A stretch of DNA of 64,000 bases from the human T2T-CHM13v2.0 reference genome, Homo sapiens, in assembly GCF_009914755.1 (NCBI RefSeq), contig NC_060945.1. The stretch is one strand, 5' to 3'. Below are positions 46,301-57,792 of the stretch, piece by piece. Numbering within the stretch: position 1 is the stretch's first letter; each line of letters starts with the position of its first letter. The position numbers and the translations under genes were made by a program. A model generated the notes under the pieces. The model did no database searches. It saw only the letters and a program-made list of their open reading frames with translations, and was not told the origin of the DNA.

Positions 46301-46645
46301 GATCTGTTGAATTTTGTTGTATTATAGACCAGGGAATAAACAAAAAATCTACAAATCCAAAAAATAAGAGCATAGATGAGTATTTTCATAATATTTTTGA
46401 AAATCTCTGAGAAAGATGATTTATAAGAAAACATAATACTGGGTCATTTTGTCTCCCATCTTTATACAACTTGGTGAGTTGAGTGTCTGTTGAGTTTTGC
46501 TGTATAATAGACCAGGAAATAACCCAACAGTTCACTATAAAAGCTTAGATGGATATTTTCATAATATTTATGAAAATCTCTGAGAAAGATGAAAAGAAAA
46601 CACAAAACTGGGTCATTTTGCCTCTTGTCTTCATACGACTTTGTA
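46301..46645. repeat. ~180-bp diverged tandem duplication
   Basis: tctgttga.ttttg.tgtat.atagaccagg.aataa...tattttcataatattt.tgaaaatctctgagaaagatga...actgggtcattttg occurs at ~46303 and ~46486. Confidence 0.88.
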
Positions 46646-46694
46646 GGTGGTCATTAAAAATAATTCCATCCTAGTCCATATGAATGCTGTAATT

Positions 46695-46780
46695 TTGTTA
46701 AATATTACTAGAAATAATAGAGTTTAAAATATAATACTTGTTAAATATTACTAGAAATAATAGAGTTTAAAATGTCATAC
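46695..46780. repeat. 43-bp tandem duplication
   Basis: ttgttaaatattactagaaataatagagtttaaaat (36 bp exact) at 46695 and 46738. Confidence 0.95.
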
Positions 46781-46805
46781 TTAACATTCTAAAAAGAGAA
46801 AATTA

Positions 46806-46859
46806 TTAGGTTGGTGGAAAAGTAATTGTGGTTTTTGCCATTACTTTTGCACAACCTAA
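46806..46859. mobile_element. MADE1 (Hsmar1 mariner MITE), internally deleted
   Basis: ttaggttggtggaaaagtaattg...attacttttgcacaacctaa flanked by TA on both sides. Confidence 0.9.
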
Positions 46860-48021
46860 TAAGTTAGATTATCATTATTATGGAACATTATCTTATATTA
46901 TTTCCTTCAAAAATGTGTAGCTTTTCAAACGCCATTAGACATTAAACCCTTTTAACACATGAGTTGTTTGTATTTTGCTTTTCTAACAAGACATCTAGAA
47001 TATGCTACGTTTTCTACTTTAGCATTGTTTCAACTTTGAATAATTACTTTCTGATAGATTGAATGTAGGTTTATTGAGAGGAATTATCATTTTAAATTGT
47101 TTTGGATATTTTTTCCTTTACTACTCAGCAAATCAAAAACTATTGTCAATGCTCTAATTATGATTTATAGAGATTAATTCCCACTACCAAAGTGTTGATC
47201 ATGATTTTTTTTTTTTTACAGGTACTAAAGCAGGTGTTTTACCTAACATCTCTGTGTTGCCAGGTTTTGCAGCCACTGAAGTTATTGATCACTTTTCAAA
47301 AATGTCTCACTTTGCATATCGACTACCCTCCGTTGCTCCCTGCTAGTTTTTAAATCTGCACTTTGGGGCACTAGAAGTGACTGAAATATCAGTTAAGTCC
47401 TATTTGACAAATACGTATTTAGAGTAACCAATTCAATAGGGCCATAAAGAAACTACGGGGTTAGTGCTAGTTAATATTGAGACATCAGTTTTGGGAATTT
47501 TGCTGTTTATTGGTGGAAGCTACAACGAGATTTTGTGTAGTTTCTATTAAAACAATAAAATATTATCTGATTCATAATTCAGTTCAAAATACGCTTTAAT
47601 GTTTTGCTAGATGTGTTGGACACTCAGCTTCTATTTCCATGGGCTGAATAATTGATGTTTACATTTCCCAGACATCCATACAGTTAGGGTTCTAAAAGTA
47701 AGTTACATCTTCCACTTGGATTTGGAACATTTCCTCATTCCAGGTTCCAGACCGCTATATCAACAGACTCGTAGAATGTTACTGAACACACTGAACACAC
47801 TGTTTGGTGGTGAACAGATGGTGGCTAAGAAGTTGCTCATGGTTCCTGGGAGTCCTAACCAGGGCCTGATACGGCAAACCTTTCAATGATTTGTAAACTC
47901 CTAGTGTATCTTATCTCCTTAAAACACATAAACACGTAAAACTGTGTCTCCTTAAAACACAGCATGGTTTTGTTTTCACCACTGAGCCCAAAGTAATTAA
48001 AACGAACTGCTATCACATTCA

Positions 48022-48023
<2 letters not shown>

Positions 48024-48052
<29 letters not shown>

Positions 48053-48056
48053 CTGT
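48024..48056. repeat. (TG)n microsatellite
   Basis: Perfect TG run. Confidence 0.95.
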
Positions 48057-49698
48057 GATTTGCAAAATGATATAAATAGGTAGATAACATTGTTAAATAG
48101 ATAAAGCCTTAGAAGACGAGAGGATACAAATTAATATTTATTATACCTGTGTTCACTACAACAATCCAGTTTGTGTTTTGCACTGTAAATCCCAAAATGT
48201 GTTATATTATTTTTGTCAACTAGCGTTGCCAACACAAAGCCAATATAAGTTGATTTTACAAGAGTATACATATAATATTTAACAGCTGGGTTTGAAAATA
48301 ATTCAGGTTTTAAAGTTGGAAGTATCTTCGCTTTTAGTAGGTAAAGAAATAAAAATCTGAGAGGAAGGATTAGGTGATGTAATTTCTTCTGTTTGATACT
48401 TAAATTCCATAAGAGTCTATATTTGAGAAATATAAAAATATTGCTGAGTAGCACTTTTCTGGGACTTTGAGAAGTGTGGGAGACAGAATGCACTTTACGA
48501 ACATTTTTTATGCCTTGTAAAAATAGCACTACATATATATGTGTTTAACTCTACATAGCAATGAACTTACTTTCTCTCTGCTTTTTATATTCCTTTATGG
48601 TTTACTACCTTAGGCATTAAATCAAGAATTTAATATGTTGAGGGGAAAGGGTTGCATATCAAAAGTTTCTTTCTTCAAGCAAATATGTGGTGGATTCCCA
48701 CATGTCTACTGAAATAAAACTAGGGAATAATATGTATGTGTATTACAATATTCTTTTCAAGACTTTGGCAGGAGAATTATTTAAGTATGTCATTCTATCT
48801 TGAAAGCCAACTATGGGTTTATGAGGGGGAGGGGAATACATCTATACATTAATTCTTGCAAGGTTAAGAAGTTTTGGGTTTGAGTCTCGTAACACTAATT
48901 AAAATTTTGTGGTTTTCAACAAGTGATGCATTACATTTGATTTATTCTGCATTGAAGAAGAAAGAATATCATCTCTCATCTCATCTAATGTTTATCAATC
49001 GGGTTAGCCATTCTAACATAGATTTGATGTTTTTAAGCATCTTAATGCATAGTTAATTGCAATTGGCAAATAACCTATAAATGCATTGTGCAATGGGCCT
49101 GCTGGTATGGGATGAGGTCAGCGTAATGCATGGCGAGAGGCAGCTTAGCTTTGTGGCTAAACACAGGTGTTCTGCATATCTGGGCTCCAATATCTGGGTT
49201 CAACTCCTAACTCCATCGAATACTAACCCTTTGATTTTGGGCATGTCACACAATTTCAGCTTCAATTATTTTCTGTAAAATGAGTATTATAATTGTATCT
49301 ACTTTATTCAGTTAATGTGAGGATCGAATGGGTGATTCAAGATGTTGATGCATATTCTCTAAAAAAAGGAATTCTCCACTCTTAATTGATATCAAAGGTA
49401 CGAAAAAATAAATAATTCTGCCAGTGCATAACCTCATCTAAATGATAGCTGCCTGAAAAATACCAGATAGAATCCTAAAATATAAATTTAGGATTATATT
49501 TTAAATAATGTATACAGTATCTCTTTAAAATGCTGCTTCTGCTCGGGGGTAACTTTCCAGATGCTGATAGGCAAGGGGTCTGGCTGTGGGGCACAGGCAC
49601 TTCAGCCTCCTCCCACAGCCTCTGAATGATGAGGCGCAGACACACCCAGCAGCATGCAAATGCCTTGCCATCTCTATAATCCTGCCCTCCATGTGGGG

Positions 49699-50107
49699 CA
49701 TCTTATTCTGTTCTGGTTGTCATAGTAAAATGCCACAAGGTGGGTAGCCTACTAATGACAGGACTTTATTTCTCACCATCGTGAAGCCTGGGAAGTCCAA
49801 GGTCCAGGCACAAGCAGATTCAGTGTCCAGTGAGAGGGACTTTCTGATTTATAAATGGTGCCTTCTTGCTGTGTCCTCACAAGAATGAAGAGAAAAGTAG
49901 CATTCTTGCACCTCTTTTAAGGGCACTAATCTCATTGCAAATCACCTAATCACCTCCCAAAGACCCCACTCCTAATATGGTCACCTTCCAAAGACCCCAC
50001 TCCTAACACTGTCACCTTCCAAAGACCCCACTCCTAATATCATCACATTGGGGAATAGATTTGAACATTCGGATTTTCGAAGGAACACAAATATTTAGAC
50101 CATAGCA
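49699..50107 (-). mobile_element. MLT1A-type MaLR solo LTR with an internal 31-bp x3 tandem expansion (49950-50042)
   Basis: gggaagtccaagg...gcagattcagtgtc; aagggcactaatc; end atatttagaccatagca. Confidence 0.85.
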
Positions 50108-51739
50108 TGAGATGCCCATGTTAGATTTGTAGCCAGACTAAGGCAGCAGGGATGCTGGAAAAGGGATTTCAGTGGAATCTAGGAGCAAGGTCGGGCAGCC
50201 AGCAGTCTTGAATCACCACCCCGCCACATCCCTGTGGCCTTCCACTTCTACAAAGGAGGGCTCTAACCTGGGATTCAGCCAACAGGCTTGGAATCTCTCC
50301 CTCTGACCTCATATTTTGAGTTAAAGGAGGTCTTCAATGTGAATGCAGCCCTGTAGATGGGGCAGTCTTGTGCAGAAGATAATCCGAATACTGTTATGTG
50401 ATATGTCTGACCAGAGCCTCATTATTTACTCAGAAAAATGGTTATGCTATTTGATACGGAAGAAGTGATTGATAGTGTAGTTGCTTTCGGTAAATAGGAA
50501 GGCTGCAGGTTGATGATTTCTTAGATACCCATGAGACTGGGTTCACTTCTATAGACATAGGACACACCATTTTATTGTCTAAAGAGCAAAGAAGTCCTAT
50601 TATATTGCTGATTTGGCTCATCCTGATTCAGAGCCTAGATGAGGCTGTACCTCCTTGAACTATGTTCATATTTCAGGCATCTGGGTAGATCTTAGTGAAA
50701 AGGCAGTGGCACATTTTCTTCTCTGATGACAACCTCCCCTCTTTTCAGCTCTTCCACCCCACTACTCTTGGTGAACCTACTTTTACGTGCATCAAAATCT
50801 TTAGTCGTCCAACCACTCCTCCTCTCCAATTCATTCTATTTGGCCTCCTGATGCAAAACCACTGTATTAATAAAGTTGCTCTAAGCCCTTTAAACTAATT
50901 TCATGACTTATTCTTCTACTATAACTTTCTTAGGTGTTCTTCTTGCCTCTTGCACTTAAGAAGCAGAAAATCATTAAAGACTGTGGTAAAAGTACTGACG
51001 TGCTTAAATAAAACAGTTCCAGCCCACCTGGTTTATTACTGTTCAGAGTCAAGTAAACTTCTCATTGTTGAGGGACTATCTTCAGCAAAAATTTCAAGTT
51101 TTTTCTGCCCTAAGCAATCCTTCTATAGCATCTGGGTCTGCTCAGCAACTTACAACTTTCTACAAATAAGATTAACAACAACAGAGGACTCCTTTCACCT
51201 CACTTGAGAATTTATCTGTATCTTCTTTGTGTCTCAGGGAAAGTAATGTCTCTTCTCTTCTCTTTACTTATCCTCCTAACTTGCCCTCTCCTACCTGCAC
51301 CAGTCATTCTGATCTTCCACACTTCTTCACTTTCTTCTCTTGATAAAGTTCATGCCCAGAGATTCTGTTCTACCTGATTTTCAGTAAGTCCATTTGATTT
51401 GACTATTCCTTTTTCCTGGGTTTTACTCTTACCTTATACATTATCAATTTTCCTTTCCAAATCATTTTGCTCTTTCTTCAAGATATGTGTACAATGATAC
51501 TGCCCTATCTTCCTTGAAAATAAAACAGTATTTCCAGCCATTATTGAAAATACAACTTCCCAGACCAGTTCCTGAAGGTGCAGATGACAATGGGTCTAGA
51601 ATGAGGCCTAAAAATATGTATTTCTAACAAGCTCCCCCCAGATGCTTCTATCAGTCTTTTTCCTCCTTCTTACTACAGTTTGGACCTGCTATTTTCTTGA
51701 TGCTACATCTCCTCTCTAACTATTGTCATATTTGCCTGC

Positions 51740-53500
51740 TGTGCTAAAATTTCTTGAAAAAGAGGTCTATTCTTGCTATATTTAATTTACCTTTCCCTTA
51801 AACCTACTCCAGTCAGACTTTCAGCTCCATCATGACACTGAAACTCTTTCTGTCAATATCAGCTGTGATTTCCGTGTCAATAAATCCTACGGCCCTTATT
51901 CATTTCTTAGCTTTTTTGACATATCATACACATGTAGATGTTACTCCTTCTCATTGAATACACTTTCTCTTCTTGTCTTTCAGAGTGCCACCGTATTGGT
52001 TTTTCTACTATCCACTGTTTGCCATTCTTGATCTGCTTAGTGCTTTCTCTATGTCTTTTTGATGTTTTAACATTGCAGAGTCCCAAGACTGCCCCTAAAC
52101 CTTTTGTCATCTCTATCTCTACTCATTCCTTTTGTAATGTTATCAAGTTTTGCAATTTTAAATATTATCTGTACTATGATGACTGCTAAGCTTATATCTC
52201 TGAAACAGCCTACTCTCCTGATCTTTGAATTCGTTATCTAACTCCCTGCTTAACATCCATCCTGAGTGCTTAATAGACATTGCAAAGCTAACATGTTCGA
52301 AAAGTAACTTTATGTTATTACCCTTGGTGCTCCCTCAGTATTTCCTATTTCAATAAATGACTATCTTCTTTTTCTAGCTATTTAAGCAAAAACAAACAAA
52401 CAAACAAAAACAAAAAAAAACAAAAAACTGGGGGTCATTTTTGGCTTCTCTTTTTCTCATATTTCTCATAGAATCCATCAGTATATGATTTTGGCTCTAT
52501 CTTCAAAATACATCCATAATTCAACCAATTCTCATCACCTTCACTTATTGCTATTATCCTGGTGCAAGTCACCATTGGCTATCTTCTGAATTTTTGTACT
52601 AGTTTCTTAACTGGTCTACCTATGTCCTCTCTTGTCTCAGTAAAATGCATTGTCTTCTCAACAGAGCAACGGGGAGATCTTTAAAAGAGGTGCAAGAATC
52701 TCGCGTTATGGTCTGAATATGTGTGTTCCCTTAAAAATCTGTATTTTGAAATCTAATCCCTGATGTGTTGGTATTAGGAGTGGGGTCTTTGGAAGGTGAT
52801 TAGGTGATTTGTAATGACATTAGTGCCCTTAAAAGAGGCATAAGAATTTTACAAATCTTATCTTATATCTATATATTCTGTTCAGTATAGATCTGTTATA
52901 TATCTGAGATATATATGCCTGTGATTATATATGATATTATGGTATTATATATATATATCTCAGATCATCTCACTGTTCAAAACATGCCAATAGCCCCTAA
53001 TCTCAGTGTAAAAGCCACGTTCTTTACTACGGCCTCAAGATCCTGCATGACCCAGCTCCTCTTCACTTCTTTGATCTTACATCCTCTGACATTCCCCTCA
53101 CTTACTCTGCTGCAGCCACACTGGCTTTCTTCCTCATTACTTTTCTATCACACCAGACACACTGTTAGCCACAGGGCTTTTGCTGGTTTCCTCTGTCAGA
53201 TACAGTTTCTCTCCCCTCCTTGGAAATTTGGCTTAAAGGTAAGAGGCTGCTCTTGACACTCATTGAAACTTCCACCTGCCTTCCCCTTTTCTTTCTTTTC
53301 TACTTTTTGTACTCCATAGCACTTATTACCTTCCAATCTAATACCTATTTTACTTATGTACTTTGTTTCTTTTCTGGCATTTTGCACAAGAATCTCATCT
53401 CCATACAGCAGGGATTTTATATATTTTTCAAAGATGTAGACACAGTGTCTATAGTTGTACCTAGCACATAGCAGGTTTTTAATAAATTGTAGATGAATAA
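51740..53500 (+). mobile_element. L2a remnant including the 3' end, interrupted at ~52680-52850
   Basis: ctactccagtcagactttcagctccatc; ctgcagccacactggc; 3' end cctagcacatagcagg...aataaattgtagatgaat. Confidence 0.8.
52698..52847 (+). mobile_element. Partial MLT1A fragment that is an inverted copy of the 49905-50113 LTR segment
   Basis: 52772-52838 is the reverse complement of 49913-49977 with 3 mismatches by hand alignment. Confidence 0.85.
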
Positions 53501-56127
53501 ATATCTTGCCTTTTACTTGGTTTTATTGCTGTTTGGTTATGTGTATTTTTTTCTTTTGGACCATAAACAGTGGTACCTGTGTCTAAACTTTTATAATTTC
53601 AAACCTCCCTAAACTGTACCTGGCATTTAACTAGATGTTCAATAAGCACTAATCAAATGAATAGAATAAATTTGCCTGTGAAGCACCATTCTACAACCAA
53701 ATTCAAAACAGAATTTAGATTCTATTATTGTTAGTGTGATACTTCAAATAGTTATCTATATTGAGTAAGTAAAAATTTGGCAAACATATATTACTTTAAA
53801 ATGAACAGTACATTAAATTTCAGTTCACTTTATGTGATTACAAAATTGGGCAGGCACACTTTAGAAATACTACTATAAAATCATGCTTATAAGAGAAAGG
53901 AAATTTTACATCCAATATACTAAATATTTTTAAGCATTTTGAAATAAAATAATGTATGAAATATAACAAAGTAGTTTTTCCATATAATTTAAAATAGTAT
54001 ATAAAATATAAAAATAGAAAACATATCTACTATAATTGAACATTAATTTTATAGGTTTAAGATTTCTGTTGACATAAGAATTATATATATGTACACACAG
54101 ATATTCACACACATGTTGTTTCTTGATATATATCTTTATTTCTAGTTATAGTGATAAATAAAACAGGAGAAGGTAAACCTCTTGTCCAAAATCTTTGATG
54201 GAATTTTTTGTCCTCCTAGTAGAATCCCTATGTGACTGATTATTTTTTCCCATTTTTAAAATGAAATACTTAATTTAACTAATAAGTCTGTGTAGATAAA
54301 TGCTAAAGGACGAACGCTATTACAGCACATCTTTGATATAACTAAATGTTTCGTTTGGTAGACCTTAGAAGACTAACCTTTCATCTTCAAGAAAGTTAAT
54401 TTCAACAACAATTGTATCTCCTATTTAAAACTTCTCTTCCATAGCTTATTTTTTTGTTAGTGAGATATGTCTTTTTCAGAGGAAGAAACTGGATTTATTT
54501 TATCATTGTAACAAAATATTTCTCACTCATCCAACCCGGGAGTCTGGAAGAGTGGGAGTCTACCCAATTTACTTACACCTTTGTTCATAGCTGAAATTTA
54601 CATTGGGTGGTCTTATTAATGTTCAAGAGTAGTGGCAAGGCCAAATCATAAACACATTGTGCTTATGTAAAACATCAGAACGTAACAGTAGGGTTTCCTA
54701 ATGTCCTAACTGCCATGGTGTGTGTTATATGTCTATAATAAATAGGAGCTTACTGTAAGATGCAGAAGATATGTTATAAATCCCTACAATATAAGTTGTT
54801 AAATTACTTCAAGTTCTTGCCATAGTTTATAAGAATCTAATAAAATTTGGGTGGCCTGCATTTCGTACTATGGCCATGTGCTTATAAATGACCCATATAG
54901 ACATAGATGTATTGGGAGATCCTGATCAAAGTGTTAACAGTGTACTTGACATCTCATCCTATCATACTTTTTTCACGATATGGGAATTATTTCTCCACCA
55001 TCGCTTATTCTTTTTTGCATGTATGGACATCGTGTAAGACTCAAAGAGCAATCAGTTAGTACTATTAATCGCTACATGGCCACTGCACCTCTTTAGAGGC
55101 CCTTTCCTGCATGTATCTGCTAGGTGATTTTTTGATTTTCTCTCTGTATTTATGCTTCTTCTTACTCTGGCAAGGATTTAGTTATATCAAGATGAAACAT
55201 ATTGTAGGGTTAACAACACAGACGCAGGGGTTCAACAGCCAGGGTTTGAATCCCAAATAGCTCTTTCATTTGTTAAGTGCATAATCTCAGGAAGTACAGA
55301 ACAGAGCAGGTGGGAAAAGCACACTGAGAGAATGGGGAGAAAGTTTGGGTCACTGTATGGCTATGAAGATTGTACCCCACTTAGCTTTGGGAAGGCAGCA
55401 CTATGATAAATATAATGTGAATGGTAAACTGGGAGTTGAACTTGTACCACTTCTGCATCCCACAGTTTATGGACTTCATACTCACCAATTGGTTTAAAAA
55501 GTGTTTGGGGTCATTCCTTACACATGCTCATAGGGATAAGAAAGGGAAGCCTTGTAAAATGAGATGACTTGCAACAAGAATGTTAAAACAGAATACTTCC
55601 GTCGTGGAAAAATAGGAGAGGGACTATGTAAATTTAATCCATATTGTTAGTTGTTAAAATTGCCTTGTCTCCTAAGAATTAGAGAGAAAGAAAAGCTTCA
55701 AAGAACAGCTGTGATGTTGGAAGTTTTTGTGGAAAAAAAAAAATTGGTGTTCTCAAATAGCTCATGTCTTTCTGAAACTCTATATGAGATTTATGAAAAA
55801 GATAAAGCATAAATTGGAGTTAGGTGGATTGAAAATACACTAGGAATTTCTGCCAAGTAAAGCAGTAAGGAAATTTCATAACCCCTCATTGTTCTGGCTT
55901 CATTCCCTTTAAATATATCAAAAAAACAATAGATAGCCTTCACTTTCAGAAGAAACTAACTTAGAGATAGATTGCTTTATTTGTTTGGAATGGCGGTAGT
56001 TTTAGTGAGTTTAAATGTTCTTTAAAATTTTTATATAAATTATGCATATTAGAAAATATAATTTTTAAAAATTTTTGCTGCTGTTTTTACAATATTGGTG
56101 AAATAATCTTTTTTTTCCCTTCAAGGT

Positions 56128-56488
56128 TTTATTAGTCCATTTTCCCATTGCTGATAAAGACATAACTGAGACTGGACAATTTACAAAAGAAAGAGGTTTA
56201 ATGGACTCAGAGTTTCACATGGCTGGGGAGGCCTCACAATCATGGTGGAAGGTAAAAAGCACGTCTCACGTGGTGGCAGACAAGAGAAGAGAGAACTTGT
56301 GTAGGGAAACTCCTCTATATAAAACTGTCAGATCTTGCGAGACTTATTCACTATCACAAGAATAGCACGGGAAAGACCTGCCCTCATGATTTAAATACCT
56401 CCCACTGGGTTCCTCCCACAACATGTGGAAATTGTGGGAGCTACAATTCAAGATGAGATTTGGGTAGGGATACAGCCAAACCATATCA
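56128..56488 (-). mobile_element. THE1B/C MaLR solo LTR
   Basis: attagtccattttcccattgctgataaagacata...cagccaaaccatatca. Confidence 0.92.
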
Positions 56489-56569
56489 TAGGGGATGTCC
56501 CTCTCCTATTAACATTTTTTAAAATTAAGCCCTTAGTGAATCCACTATCCTGAAGTTCTTCCATCCTAC

Positions 56570-57030
56570 TGTTCTCAAAGCAGACACTAAAACTAAGGCT
56601 TAAATGCAAATGGTTTATTTTGGTCTGTGATTGGGAATTAAAGGAAAAAGGAGTGAAGGTAACCAGGAGGCACTCTGGAATTGAGTTGATGCCACTGTGA
56701 ACAACTGGGCTTGGATTCTACTGGGCACTTCTGAGATGCTCTTAAAAATGCACCTCAGAATTGTCTGCTCAACTTCACTGCAGGAAGGGAGGATTAGCTC
56801 TTGGGCTCCCCTTCTCCATTTAATAAATTTTGCCTCACCGGGCATTAGCTCCCTCATAAGCCCAAGTTGCACAAGGGCCAGAGGTAAAAGGCATACAATG
56901 CAGCTGAAGTGAAGTGCCACCACATAACACTTGTGCAAAACTGGTGGCTGTGGCAAAAATTAAAGAAAAGGTGATCCATGCAGATGTGAGCAGGGGACAA
57001 GAGTGTCTTACATAGCCTGCTATACTTGGA
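56570..57030. mobile_element. Old ERVL-class LTR remnant (LTR16/LTR33-like); a similar remnant lies at ~20770-21210
   Basis: 'aagcagacact...aaatgcaaatggtttattttgg' motif typical of this LTR group. Confidence 0.4.
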
Positions 57031-57219
57031 GAGAACAGAAAATGTATCATAATGCTCCAGCCATTTCATTTGAGTCTCATGCTGAACAAACCTGCTTCCT
57101 CAGCACAGTGAATGAACTCTCAGCTCTGCTATATTTGCTATTTTAATACTTGAGATATGCTTCTTCTATGGAAGATCCACATGTATTGACTCTCCCTCTA
57201 TAGGATGAACACTTACATA

Positions 57220-57792
57220 TTTTGACAGTTAATGATAGGTGTCAACTTGGCTGGATCAAGGAATGTCTAGAAACCTGGTACAGACTTCTTCTGGGGTCTG
57301 TCTGTGAGGGTGTTTTCCCGAGAAGATTTACATGTGAGTTTGAGTGGACTAAGCAGGAAGATCTGCCCTCAGTGTGGGCAGGCATCATCCAATCTACTGG
57401 GGATCCAAAGAGAACAAAAATAGAGAATAGGTGTATGTGTCAATCTATCTGCTACAACAAGAATACACTCTTTCTCTCCTGTCCTTGGACAAATCTGGGC
57501 TCCCCAGCCTTTGGACTTAAGATTTGAACTCCAAAACTTAAGACCAGTGTCCTCCCAGGTTCTCACACCTTTGGCCTCAGACCCTGAGTTACACCATCTG
57601 TTTTCCTGGTTCCAGGCCTTTGGACTTAGACTGAGTCAAGCTACTGGCATCTCAGGGTCTCCAGATTGCAGGTGACCTGTCATGGGACTTCTCAGCCTCT
57701 ATAATCACATAAACCAATCCCCTCATAATTCCTGTCTCATATATTTCTATCTAATCCTATTGATTCTGTCCCTCTGGAAAACCCTGACTGTA
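57220..57792 (+). mobile_element. MLT2 (ERVL) solo LTR
   Basis: ggtgtcaacttggctggat...gggcaggcatcatccaatc...tctggaaaaccctgact. Confidence 0.88.

Noticed and set aside
48131-48529. 132-aa minus-strand ORF as a single-exon gene
   Set aside because: Non-ATG start, no recognisable domain, and one ORF of this length is plausible by chance in 64 kb.
49950-50042. 31-bp x3 repeat (also 2179-2252) as a CRISPR-like array
   Set aside because: Contiguous tandem units without unique spacers, inside eukaryotic retroelements; no cas genes.
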